NCBI GenBank assembly: GCA_002937495.1 | Contig: PTJW01000001.1 | Span: forward strand, 1 to 31,761 | Direction of reading: 5' to 3' | Origin: Pseudomonadota bacterium | GTDB lineage: Bacteria; Pseudomonadota; Alphaproteobacteria; UBA1280; UBA12223 | Length of the DNA stretch: 31,761 bases | Part shown: positions 7,968 to 17,024 of the stretch, piece after piece | Numbering within the stretch: the stretch's first letter is position 1 | Layout of the letters: each line of letters opens with the position of its first letter | The notes under the pieces: generated by a model | The model's database searches: none | What the model saw: the letters and a program-made list of their open reading frames with translations, nothing else | What the model was told of the DNA's origin: nothing | Position numbers and translations under genes: made by a program

Positions 7968-8984
7968 TTATTTATCTAATGATTTTGTTCTTGCTATTTT
8001 TTGATTAAATAAGTATAAAGAACCTCTTTCAAGTTTACCACTTAATCTAATAAACTTAGCATCATTTTTAGATATAAGCCTTTTTAACATTGGTAAGCTC
8101 TTAATATCTAAATCATCACTACCTGAAAATGTTGAAATAATTTTTTCTGCTGTTTCAACATCACTTGCAATAACATCTAGTGGTCCTACAACCCTATGCC
8201 TTTTATCAATCTTAAACTTATTAACTAGTTCAAACCATTTTTCTTCATCTACTAGTTTCATATTTTCAATATTAATAATTGCATTAGATTTATTTAAAAA
8301 TTCTAAGTTTTTAGTAAAGTACTGTTTAAACTCGTCACCTTCTAAAATAGCCATGTTTAATAAAATAGCATAAACATCTGTTTGGCTAATATTTTCTAGT
8401 TTAGCTTTAAGTAAAATAGAATCAATCATGTAGTCTCTAATTTTTAAGTTCTTAAAGTTAACTTCAAACTTTGATGAATCTGACAAGCTGCCTTTGTAAT
8501 AAAACTTATCTGCTTTTAAAATTAGTTTATTTGCATCTACATCAAAAATCTTTAGTTCTGTTAAATCAAAAGTTACAGTATCATCTAAAAAGTTTAAATT
8601 AACTATTTTAGCCTGTACTTTAAATTTCTTTAATTCGCCATTGTAATTAAATGTAAACATTTGTGATGTTGGAACACTAATATCAGCTTGTTGTTGTAAA
8701 ACAAATGGGTAAATATCAAAAACTACATCACCAACTTTATAGTGAATTTCATTATTTGAATTTTTACTGTCAAATCTTAAATTTTCAACTTTAATATTAA
8801 TATTATTAGGATAACCTGAAGTAATAATATTATCATATTCAAAGTTAAACTTACTTGATTCTTTTAATGTTGTTTCAATAGCTATAACTCTTTTTTTGGC
8901 CATAAAGTCCCAAATAAAACCGTAGCCTAGTAAAATAATACCTACTGATACTGATACTGAAAATAAGAATTTTAAAAATCTCAT
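7968..8984 (-). CDS. Membrane-anchored periplasmic protein, DUF2125-like
   Basis: N-terminal TM followed by ITSGYPNNINIKVENL (sGfP-type motif) and a beta-rich body. Confidence 0.55.
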   Translation of the reverse strand: MRFLKFLFSVSVSVGIILLGYGFIWDFMAKKRVIAIETTLKESSKFNFEYDNIITSGYPNNINIKVENLRFDSKNSNNEIHYKVGDVVFDIYPFVLQQQADISVPTSQMFTFNYNGELKKFKVQAKIVNLNFLDDTVTFDLTELKIFDVDANKLILKADKFYYKGSLSDSSKFEVNFKNLKIRDYMIDSILLKAKLENISQTDVYAILLNMAILEGDEFKQYFTKNLEFLNKSNAIINIENMKLVDEEKWFELVNKFKIDKRHRVVGPLDVIASDVETAEKIISTFSGSDDLDIKSLPMLKRLISKNDAKFIRLSGKLERGSLYLFNQKIARTKSLDK

Positions 8985-9014
8985 ATACTCTTCCCTATTC
9001 TGTTTTTTGCTTGT

Positions 9015-10427
9015 TTATTTTTTTATATTTAACATATCTTCTACCCTTACTAAGCGATCAAAGTCTTTTTCACTTAATAGGTTTAAATCAACACATGCTT
9101 GTTTTAATGTTAAGTTGTTTTCATAAGCATATTTAGCAATTTTTGCTGAGTTATCGTAGCCAATATGTGGTGTTAATGAAGTAACTAACATTAATGAATT
9201 ACTTAAATTATCTTTAATATTATCCAAGTTTGGCTCAATACCATCTAAGCATTTTGTTCTAAAGCTTGCTAATGAATCTGATAGAATATTAATTGACTCT
9301 AAAACCTTATAAATAATAACTGGTTTAAAAACATTTAACTGAAAATGCCCGTTTGAACCTGCAATACCTACAGTAACATCATTACCCATAACTTCTGCAG
9401 CAACCATGCTTAAAGCTTCGGCTTGTGTTGGATTTACTTTACCTGGCATAATTGAACTACCTGGTTCGTTTGATGGTAATACTATTTCACCAATACCACA
9501 CCTTGGTCCTGATGCTAACATTCTAATGTTATTGGCAATAGTCATACAGCTAACTGCTAAAGTTTTTAAAATTGATGAGATATTAACTAATACATCATGT
9601 GCTGCCATTTGCGAAAATTTATTTTCTGCTGCAATAAACTTAGTATCCAAGCTTAATGATAGCTCTTGGCAAACTCTAATATCAAATTCTTCATGAGTAT
9701 TTAAGCCTGTACCTACTGCTGTACCTCCAATAGCTAAGCACCTTAATTCTTTTAATGCATACTCTAAACGCTCAATATTATCTTTAATTTGATATGCATA
9801 AGTTGAAAATTCTTGCCCTAAAGTAATTGGTGTAGCATCTTGTAAATGTGTTCTACCAATTTTAATAATATCTTCAAAATCATCTTCTTTTTTAGCTAAT
9901 GATTCGTAAAACTCTTTCATTTCTGGAAGTAGTTTATTTTCAATAGTTACTAATGCAGCAATGTGCATAGCTGTTGGGTATGTATCGTTTGATGATTGAC
10001 CTTTGTTAACATCATCATTTGGATGAACAGGAGTTTTTGAACCTAGCTCACCACCTAAAATTTCAATAGATTTATTAGCAATAACTTCATTTAAGTTCAT
10101 ATTTGTTTGAGTACCACTACCTGTTTGCCATACTGACAATGGGAAGTTATCATCTAACTTACCTTTAATAATTAAATTGCATGATTGGACAATTGAATCT
10201 GCCACTTCTCTACTTAGTAAACCTAAGTCTGCATTTGCTAATGCTGCTGCTCTTTTTAAATGAGCAAATGCATAAATTACTTCTTTTGGCTGCTTTTGTT
10301 CACCAATTGCGAAATTTTCAATACTTCTTTGTGTTTGAGCTCCCCAATACTTATTAGACTCAACCTTAATTTCGCCCATAGAATCTGTTTCTATACGATA
10401 AAAACTTTCTACATTATTTTCATACAT
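9015..10427 (-). CDS. fumC: Fumarate hydratase class II
   Basis: RIETDSMG, WGAQTQRS, WQTGSGTQTNMNLNEVIAN, HPNDDVNKGQSSND, GRTHLQDATP, GSSIMPGKVNPTQ. Confidence 0.97.
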   Translation of the reverse strand: MYENNVESFYRIETDSMGEIKVESNKYWGAQTQRSIENFAIGEQKQPKEVIYAFAHLKRAAALANADLGLLSREVADSIVQSCNLIIKGKLDDNFPLSVWQTGSGTQTNMNLNEVIANKSIEILGGELGSKTPVHPNDDVNKGQSSNDTYPTAMHIAALVTIENKLLPEMKEFYESLAKKEDDFEDIIKIGRTHLQDATPITLGQEFSTYAYQIKDNIERLEYALKELRCLAIGGTAVGTGLNTHEEFDIRVCQELSLSLDTKFIAAENKFSQMAAHDVLVNISSILKTLAVSCMTIANNIRMLASGPRCGIGEIVLPSNEPGSSIMPGKVNPTQAEALSMVAAEVMGNDVTVGIAGSNGHFQLNVFKPVIIYKVLESINILSDSLASFRTKCLDGIEPNLDNIKDNLSNSLMLVTSLTPHIGYDNSAKIAKYAYENNLTLKQACVDLNLLSEKDFDRLVRVEDMLNIKK

Positions 10428-10536
10428 ACTAATATATACCTTTTTATTTTTTTAACTGCCTATTATTATAAATTATTAATATGTTTTTAACAAGATATTT
10501 ATACTCAAAAAACATAAAAATAAAAACAATTAAAAG

Positions 10537-10565
10537 TTGATTAACAACTATTAAAGTGCTAATAT
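10537..10565 (+). promoter_or_regulatory. Extended sigma70 promoter of the orphan Zn-finger-like gene
   Basis: TTGATT 10537-10542, 17 nt, TAATAT 10560-10565, preceded by TGn. Confidence 0.6.
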
Positions 10566-10599
10566 ACAACCTATAGATTAACAATAAATGAGAAACATT

Positions 10600-11472
10600 A
10601 TGAAAGTTGCACTTTATAAAAACTATGAACACCCAATATCTGTTCAAGATGCATATGAAATATATAAAAAAAATAATGAATTTTATAAAGGAATATATAA
10701 ATGCCCTGACCCAAACTGTGGCATTAGTTTAAATATGGCAAATAAAAATAATCACTTACCTGAAAATCAGCTAAAAAAAGCTCGCCATTTCACACCATAT
10801 TCTACATCTACTATGAAACATAATAAGTTTTGCAAGTATTCTAATAAAATTATTGAAAAACTAGAAAATAAAACTTCTAGGTTAACACTACACTCCGGTA
10901 AGCCTCCAATAACAAACAAAGATGATGATTATATTCCTGAAAGAACAGCCAATACTAGTTATAGTAACCGCAAATCTAACCCGTCTGTATCATCTATGAA
11001 ATTCTTTTTTGAAATGCACGCATATACTTATCATAATATGATTGAATTTATTAGAGGATGTAATTATATAATAAAAGACTATGACTCTGATAAAACATTT
11101 GAAATAGAAGACTTCTTTAAACTATTATCAGATAACTATGATATTTTATCTAATTTACCTTACTTTTCAATGTTCCACTCAAGATGCTCTATATGGGATA
11201 ACTCTAAAGATGAAAAACCTAACTTTAGAATACAAATAGAAGCTCCCCACGGATATAATAAAAATATATCTTTAAAAATAACACCTGACTTTGATGATAA
11301 AACTTTTAATATGCTTAAAGAATATTTTGAAATTAAGCCTCCGATAACACCTAAAACTCCTAAAAGAATGGGAGTTTTTGTAAAAGCTATTTTAAAAAAT
11401 ATAAACTCAGAGAGATTTTATTTTTCTAATATTAAATTTATACATATATCACATTTAGAAAAACAAAAATAA
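10600..11472 (+). CDS. Orphan protein with an N-terminal Cys/His putative zinc-binding module
   Basis: CPDPNC...HF...HNKFC pattern. Start is probably ATG 10600 (GAGA upstream) rather than 10588. ATA-rich codon usage, unlike the neighbouring core genes. Confidence 0.7.
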   Translation: MKVALYKNYEHPISVQDAYEIYKKNNEFYKGIYKCPDPNCGISLNMANKNNHLPENQLKKARHFTPYSTSTMKHNKFCKYSNKIIEKLENKTSRLTLHSGKPPITNKDDDYIPERTANTSYSNRKSNPSVSSMKFFFEMHAYTYHNMIEFIRGCNYIIKDYDSDKTFEIEDFFKLLSDNYDILSNLPYFSMFHSRCSIWDNSKDEKPNFRIQIEAPHGYNKNISLKITPDFDDKTFNMLKEYFEIKPPITPKTPKRMGVFVKAILKNINSERFYFSNIKFIHISHLEKQK

Positions 11473-11498
11473 AAAAGCCCCTAATAAAGGGCTTTTTT
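11471..11498. terminator. Bidirectional terminator between the orphan and yebC
   Basis: AAAAAAGCCC-ctaataaa-GGGCTTTTTT. Confidence 0.8.
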
Positions 11499-11526
11499 AT
11501 TTTTTTGCAATTAAATAACTAAAATA

Positions 11527-12273
11527 CTATAGTTGTGCTGCGATTTCGTCTGAAATTTCCATGTTTGTTGTTACAGACTGGATATCATCATCTTCTTCAA
11601 CTGCTTCTACTAAAGCTAAAACTTTACGAGCTGTTTCTACATCTGTAACTGGAGCTGGTGTTTTAACAATGTAGCCTAGGTCTGCATCTTCTGCTTTACC
11701 AAACTGCTCTGCTAAAGCATCTCTAACAACTGCAAAGTCTGATACTTCAGTGATGATTCTGTATGAATCTTCGTTTACTTCAACATCATCTGCACCTGCT
11801 TCAATTGCTGCTTCCATAACTGCATCTTCTTCACCAATTTCTGAAGTATATTCAATTAAACCTTTTTCTTCAAACATCCAAGCAACTGAACCGTTGTTAC
11901 CTAGGTTACCACCGTTTTTAGTGAAAGCAAATCTTACATTTGCTACAGTTCTTGTTTTGTTATCTGTTAGTGATTTACAAATTAATGCTACGCCTGAAGG
12001 ACCATGACCTTCATAAACTGCTTCAACATAATCAGCACCGTCAATTTCACCAGTACCACGCTTAATAGCTCTGTCGATTGTATCTTTTGTCATGTTTTCT
12101 GCTTTAGCGTTATCTAATGCTAGTCTTAGAAGAGGGTTAGAGTTAGGATCGCCACCACCTTGTTTAGCCGCTACCATAAGTTCACGGATTAATCTTGTGA
12201 AAATTTTACCTCTTTTTTTATCTTGAGCTGCTTTTCTGTGCTTAATGTTAGCCCATTTACTGTGACCTGCCAT
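11527..12273 (-). CDS. yebC: YebC/PmpR family protein
   Basis: MAGHSKWANIKHRKAAQDKKRGKIFT, YEGHGPSGVA, TDNKTRT, DDDIQSVTTN. Confidence 0.97.
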   Translation of the reverse strand: MAGHSKWANIKHRKAAQDKKRGKIFTRLIRELMVAAKQGGGDPNSNPLLRLALDNAKAENMTKDTIDRAIKRGTGEIDGADYVEAVYEGHGPSGVALICKSLTDNKTRTVANVRFAFTKNGGNLGNNGSVAWMFEEKGLIEYTSEIGEEDAVMEAAIEAGADDVEVNEDSYRIITEVSDFAVVRDALAEQFGKAEDADLGYIVKTPAPVTDVETARKVLALVEAVEEDDDIQSVTTNMEISDEIAAQL

Positions 12274-12370
12274 ATTCTAATACCTTTATTTAATATGTTA
12301 AAATTACTTCGAATAAACTAAATATACAAAAATATTGATGACTTTTCAAGTTTTATGTTATATTAAGCGT

Positions 12371-13081
12371 ATGAAAAAGCAAGATATTATAAAAAATAAC
12401 ACAATTAATAACGAATCTGACTTTAACTTAAAGTTAGAAGATGAAACTTTATACTTAGTTAAAGAGTCTGAAAACTCATCTATTTGTGTTGACTTTACAT
12501 CTTCAAAAGCTTTAAAAAGAATTAATGAACCAGGCATTTTAAAACAAGATATCTGCAAAGCTATTGGTTTTAATAAATCTAAAGATTTAACAATACTTGA
12601 TGCAACAGCTGGACTTGGCCGCGATAGCTTAATTTTTGCAAGTATTACAACAAAAAGCGTTACAATGCTTGAACGCAACCCCACATCATTCGCATTGCTT
12701 GAAAATGGCCTAGTAAGATTAGTAAAAGCAGATGATAACTCTCAATTACAAGAAATTTCAAAGAAGCTATCATTAAACAATATTGATGCTGCTGAATTTT
12801 TAGCTAGCACTACTGATAAGTTTGATGTTATTTATCTAGACCCTATGTTCTCGCAAGAAGGTCAGAAAAAAAGTGCTAAAGTAAAAAAAGAAATGGCATT
12901 TTTCCATCAAACAGTCGGCAATGATGAAGATAGTGATAAATTAATAGATTTAGCCCTAAATAAAGCAAATAAACGCGTTGTAGTTAAACGACATATCAAA
13001 GCTCCATATTTAAATGATAAAAAACCTAGCCTTGAATTTAAAGGTAAAACCAATAGATTTGATGTTTATATCATAAACTAG
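12371..13081 (+). CDS. rsmJ: 16S rRNA m2G1516 methyltransferase (RsmJ/YhiQ family)
   Basis: LDATAGLGRDS, MLERN, DVIYLDPMF, KKEMAFF, KRVVVKR, RFDVY. Start re-assigned to ATG 12371; upstream sequence is TTGATG...TGtTATATT promoter. Confidence 0.88.
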   Translation: MKKQDIIKNNTINNESDFNLKLEDETLYLVKESENSSICVDFTSSKALKRINEPGILKQDICKAIGFNKSKDLTILDATAGLGRDSLIFASITTKSVTMLERNPTSFALLENGLVRLVKADDNSQLQEISKKLSLNNIDAAEFLASTTDKFDVIYLDPMFSQEGQKKSAKVKKEMAFFHQTVGNDEDSDKLIDLALNKANKRVVVKRHIKAPYLNDKKPSLEFKGKTNRFDVYIIN

Positions 13082-13117
13082 AGCTACAATCCTGATCTAA
13101 ATAAATTGAACCATAAG

Positions 13118-13142
13118 AAAAAGCCTCATTACGAGGCTTTTT
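13118..13142. terminator. Bidirectional terminator between rsmJ and the globin sensor
   Basis: AAAAAGCCTC-attac-GAGGCTTTTT. Confidence 0.82.
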
Positions 13143-13158
13143 TAATTTTATCATAAAA

Positions 13159-14253
13159 CTACATGCTTTCACGAGCTATAGAATCTAAACTTTGCATAGT
13201 TGCTGTAATTTCTTCAATAGCAGTAGATTGCGATGAAATCATATCATTAACAACCATATTACTTTTAACAATTTGTGACGTTACTTCATCAACTACCACA
13301 ATACCATCTGATATTTGCAGTGAGCCAGATAAGATTTTTTTTAATGAATATTCAATTTCATTTACTGAGCTACTTGTTTGATCTGCCAGCTTTTTAACTT
13401 CATTTGCTACAACTGCAAATCCTTTACCTGCATCACCTGCTCTTGCTGCTTCAATTGATGCATTAAGTGATAATAAGTTTGTTTTTGTCGAAATATCCTG
13501 AATTAAAATTAAAATATTTTTAATAGAATCAATATCTGTATTAAATGATTGTGCAGCTTTATTTAATAAACTTAATGACTTTTTAGAGTCAGCAATTAAA
13601 CTCTGGCAACTGTTATTTTCTGATAAAATAGTATTAACTGCAATACTAACATCTGATGTTGCTTGAGTTGATTCTGCAATACCTAGTGTTAACTGACCTT
13701 TAATTGCTGTCTGGTGAGCTAATAACTCATCATGTTTCTGGTTAGATAACTCAATATAAACATTAACTGAAATGGCAATATCAATATTACTTAGCTTTAA
13801 AAACTGTCTGTAAATATTATCTAAAAATTCATTACTATATTTTTGATATTTAGGAAATAATTTATTTTTACTATTTATTTTGCACTTTTGAATTTCTTCA
13901 AATAAAGTTTGTTGAACTTTTGAATAACCACCAATGTACCAATCTGGTGTTAAGTTAATTTTAACATGCGACATGCCAACTCGTTTAACTCGTTGCTCAT
14001 AGCCTTCATCAAAACCATTTTTAAATAGATACTCCCAGTAAGACTTTTGTGCTGCTTTAATTTCTTCTAAAGTTCTACTAGATTTATTAAGAACCACCAC
14101 TAAATCGTCAAATTGTACTATATATTCATAAAAACTATCCATTAGAATATCCATAGTACCCGTTTCATCTAAAAATAGTTTTAGATTTTCAAAATTTGTA
14201 TTAGGCTCTAGCTGATAGAAATTAAGTAAATCCGCAATATTTCTCTTTTTCAT
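13159..14253 (-). CDS. Globin-coupled sensor: protoglobin domain plus MCP signalling domain (HemAT-like soluble aerotaxis receptor)
   Basis: SFYEYI (B10 Tyr), [17 protein letters not shown] (proximal His), WYIGGY; [33 protein letters not shown]; no TM segment. Confidence 0.9.
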   Translation of the reverse strand: MKKRNIADLLNFYQLEPNTNFENLKLFLDETGTMDILMDSFYEYIVQFDDLVVVLNKSSRTLEEIKAAQKSYWEYLFKNGFDEGYEQRVKRVGMSHVKINLTPDWYIGGYSKVQQTLFEEIQKCKINSKNKLFPKYQKYSNEFLDNIYRQFLKLSNIDIAISVNVYIELSNQKHDELLAHQTAIKGQLTLGIAESTQATSDVSIAVNTILSENNSCQSLIADSKKSLSLLNKAAQSFNTDIDSIKNILILIQDISTKTNLLSLNASIEAARAGDAGKGFAVVANEVKKLADQTSSSVNEIEYSLKKILSGSLQISDGIVVVDEVTSQIVKSNMVVNDMISSQSTAIEEITATMQSLDSIARESM

Positions 14254-14505
14254 AAAAAAACGCCCCTTATCATTTTTTATTTTGTCCCTAGATTATTTTA
14301 GGCTATCACTTAATGGTTGCAATTACAAAGATTTATGCATTTAAATACATAAAATCATATTTTTTTTATTTTTTCATATAAAAAACTATATACATAAAAA
14401 CCATAGGTTGCTATAATTTAATTATAATTTATCAAAAAATTTCCGAGTAATTCAATGGGTTATTCAACTATTCAATCCACTAAACTATTATAAAAAAGAC
14501 ACAAA

Positions 14506-14532
14506 AAAGCTCAACCATAAAGGTTGAGCTTT
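14506..14532 (-). terminator. rpsD terminator
   Basis: AAAGCTCAACC-ataaa-GGTTGAGCTTT with an A-tract on the plus-strand 5' side (U-tract on the minus strand). Confidence 0.82.
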
Positions 14533-14549
14533 CAAGTATATGAACCTTA

Positions 14550-15161
14550 TTATCTTGAGTAGAACTCGATAATTAAGTGTGGGTTCATTTGTACTGGGTA
14601 AGGAACTTCGTCAAACTCAGGAAGTCTGTTGAATGTACCTTTAAACTTATCAGCAGTGATGTAGTCAGGGATTTCTCTTGCGCCTTTTTCTACAGCTTCT
14701 TTAACCATAGGAATTGCTTGAGATTTTTCTCTAACTTCAATAACGTCACCAATTTTACACATGTAAGAAGCAATGTTAACTACTTTACCGTTTACTAGAA
14801 CGTGTTTGTGGTTAATTAACTGTCTTGCAGCGAATACTGTTGGTACGAAGTTTAGTCTGTAAACAATAGCGTCTAGACGTGATTCTAAAATCTTGATTAA
14901 GTTTTCAGATTTATCGCCTTTTCTTCTTGAAGCTTCTTTGTAAACTGCTACAAATTGCTTTTCTGAAATGTTACCATAGTAACCTTTTAGCTTTTGCTTT
15001 TCTCTGAACTGAACACCATAGTCAGTTAGTCTACCTCTTCTAGCACCGTGCATACCTGGAGCTGAAGTTCTAGTGTTTGTAGGGCACTTATCGCTACCCC
15101 AAAGGTTTTCACCTAATCTACGAGCGATCTTGTATTTAGGTGTAAGTCTTCTGTTTGCCAT
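14550..15161 (-). CDS. rpsD: 30S ribosomal protein S4 (alphaproteobacterial type, no Zn ribbon)
   Basis: [59 protein letters not shown]...IEFYSR. Confidence 0.98.
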   Translation of the reverse strand: MANRRLTPKYKIARRLGENLWGSDKCPTNTRTSAPGMHGARRGRLTDYGVQFREKQKLKGYYGNISEKQFVAVYKEASRRKGDKSENLIKILESRLDAIVYRLNFVPTVFAARQLINHKHVLVNGKVVNIASYMCKIGDVIEVREKSQAIPMVKEAVEKGAREIPDYITADKFKGTFNRLPEFDEVPYPVQMNPHLIIEFYSR

Positions 15162-15313
15162 TTTAAGTTATTTCCTTATTTATTTCACGAACCATCCTAA
15201 GCAGTTAAATAGGTATTATATTTCAAACACTTATCTTCGTGAACGCTATAGCTAAACTATAGTGTACTGCTTGGCTTTTATCAGAATATGTAAGAAATTT
15301 ACACATTCAACTA
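15162..15313 (-). promoter_or_regulatory. Structured ~150-nt 5' leader of rpsD (candidate ribosomal-protein leader)
   Basis: Four sets of complementary segments, two of them crossing (see findings); lies between the promoter and the AAGGA SD. Confidence 0.55.
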
Positions 15314-15319
15314 AAATTC

Positions 15320-15347
15320 ATTATAATTATTTTTACTTTATAGTCAA
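15320..15347 (-). promoter_or_regulatory. rpsD sigma70 promoter
   Basis: Minus strand TTGACT (15347-15342), 16 nt, TATAAT (15325-15320). Confidence 0.7.
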
Positions 15348-15368
15348 GTATTTTCAACGATTTATAAT

Positions 15369-15401
15369 AAAAAAAGAAGTTTGAATAACAAACTTCTTTT
15401 T
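15369..15401. terminator. Terminator of MCP-1
   Basis: AAAAAGAAGTTTG-aataa-CAAACTTCTTTTT. Confidence 0.82.
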
Positions 15402-15404
15402 AAA

Positions 15405-16874
15405 CTACTTTCTAATTTCTTGAATTTTATCTGAAACCTCTCTGGCACTATTTGATGCCTGTCCCATTCTTTCTGAAATATCATTTGTTGCACTTCTTTG
15501 TTCTGACATTGAAACTACAAGCACTTGAGTAAACTCATTAATAGAATTAATTTTAGTAACAATATTTTCTATTGACTTTACAGAGTTATCACTATTATTC
15601 TGTATTTTATTAACTTGCTCTGTAATATCTTTTGTAGCTGAAGATGTTTGTTGCGCTAGCTTTTTAACTTCTTCTGCTACTACAGCAAAACCTCTACCTT
15701 CCTCACCAGCTCTTGCTGCTTCAATTGATGCATTAAGTGCTAATAAGTTTGTTTTTTCTGCAATCTCTTGAATTAATTTTACAACTTCTCCAATTTTTTC
15801 TGCACTAATATTAAGTTCATGAATAGTTTCTCGACCTTCTGTAGCCTCTTCTTTAGCTAACATTGTCATATTACTTGTTTCATCTACTTTAATACCAATA
15901 TCTTCTAATGTAGCTGAAAGTTGGGCTGCTGCTGTTGAAATTCCTACAACATTTTCTTCTACAATTGATGAAGCATTTGCAACATCTGATGTAATAGTTT
16001 GAATTTTTTCTTTATTTTCTAACTCTAGTCTTTCTTTTTCTGCTTCTGTTGACATTTCTAAAGCTTGTTTTTCAGCTGCGCTTTCTTGAAAAACTTTAAC
16101 ACACTGTGCCATCATACCTATTTCATCTTTTCTTGTCATATCAATTTTAATATCAATATTATCATTAGCTAAGTCTGTCATATTACCTTGTAAGTTTAAT
16201 AATGCTCTCTTAAAATCAATAAATATAATCATAAAGATAATTAGAACAGCTAAAATAATTAGAGCTAACTCAATAACAATAACTGTAGTAAAGTGTTTTT
16301 GTTCTGCATGCATGTTACCAAAATAAACACCTGTACCAATCATCATATCTAAAGGCTTAAAGTACTTAATATAAGCCACTTTAGTTTCTATTAATTTTGT
16401 TTTTGGATTCTCAAATTCATACTCTATAACACCTTGGCCTTTTGTTTTAGCTAAGTTAGCAAACTCTTGAATAAAGTATTTGCCTGTGCTGTCTTTTAAG
16501 TTATATAGAGACTTACCTTCTAAAGCAGGTTTAGCTGCATGATTTTGCACAATACCTTTTGTATCAATAATAAAAATATAACCCTGACCATCATCAAAAA
16601 TCATATCATCAATTTCATTATAATATTGCTCAAGCATTATATCTAATGACATTTGGTTATTTTCAACTTGCTTATAAAGTTTTTCAACTCTATTATAAGC
16701 TAAAGTAATTACAGTTTCTAACTCTTCGATTTTACCAATTTCAAAAGTTGAGTTCTTTTGATAAATCATATAAAAACTTGAACTTACCATTACACAAAAA
16801 ATACCTGCAATAAGTAAAATTAATTTTGTACGAATAGTCATAGTTCTTAGTAAATATTTTATAAGTCTGATCAC
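15405..16874 (-). CDS. Methyl-accepting chemotaxis protein 1 (TM, sCache_2, TM, HAMP, MCP signal)
   Basis: GYIFIID..G...H....LEG.....KD..GK, K.AY, GTGVY; RKDEIGMMA (HAMP); [33 protein letters not shown]; GTG start with AAGGA SD. Confidence 0.95.
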   Translation of the reverse strand: MIRLIKYLLRTMTIRTKLILLIAGIFCVMVSSSFYMIYQKNSTFEIGKIEELETVITLAYNRVEKLYKQVENNQMSLDIMLEQYYNEIDDMIFDDGQGYIFIIDTKGIVQNHAAKPALEGKSLYNLKDSTGKYFIQEFANLAKTKGQGVIEYEFENPKTKLIETKVAYIKYFKPLDMMIGTGVYFGNMHAEQKHFTTVIVIELALIILAVLIIFMIIFIDFKRALLNLQGNMTDLANDNIDIKIDMTRKDEIGMMAQCVKVFQESAAEKQALEMSTEAEKERLELENKEKIQTITSDVANASSIVEENVVGISTAAAQLSATLEDIGIKVDETSNMTMLAKEEATEGRETIHELNISAEKIGEVVKLIQEIAEKTNLLALNASIEAARAGEEGRGFAVVAEEVKKLAQQTSSATKDITEQVNKIQNNSDNSVKSIENIVTKINSINEFTQVLVVSMSEQRSATNDISERMGQASNSAREVSDKIQEIRK

Positions 16875-16924
16875 CTTAAACAGTCCTTTATTTTTTTTAT
16901 TATAAAAATACTAATAGCATAAAT

Positions 16925-16954
16925 ATAGTATCAGAGAATTTCTATATAATGCAA
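16925..16954 (-). promoter_or_regulatory. MCP-1 promoter
   Basis: TTGCAT, 18 nt ending TTCTCTGa, TACTAT. Confidence 0.55.
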
Positions 16955-16970
16955 TAGCTACTTATATATA

Positions 16971-17008
16971 AAAAAAAATGAGTGGCAGATTTACTACTCA
17001 TTTTTTTT
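16971..17008. terminator. Terminator of MCP-2
   Basis: AAAAAAAATGAGTGG-cagattta-CTACTCATTTTTTTT. Confidence 0.75.
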
Positions 17009-17024
17009 ATGGGTTTATTTATTA

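Noticed and set aside
10537-10556. CtrA box (TTAA-N7-TTAA) near the fumC/orphan promoters
   Set aside because: Spacing is 6 rather than 7, and TTAA is too frequent in this AT-rich DNA to be informative
14254-14500. FNR-type site or hidden sRNA upstream of the globin sensor
   Set aside because: No TTGAT-N4-ATCAA match and no convincing stem beyond the rpsD terminator
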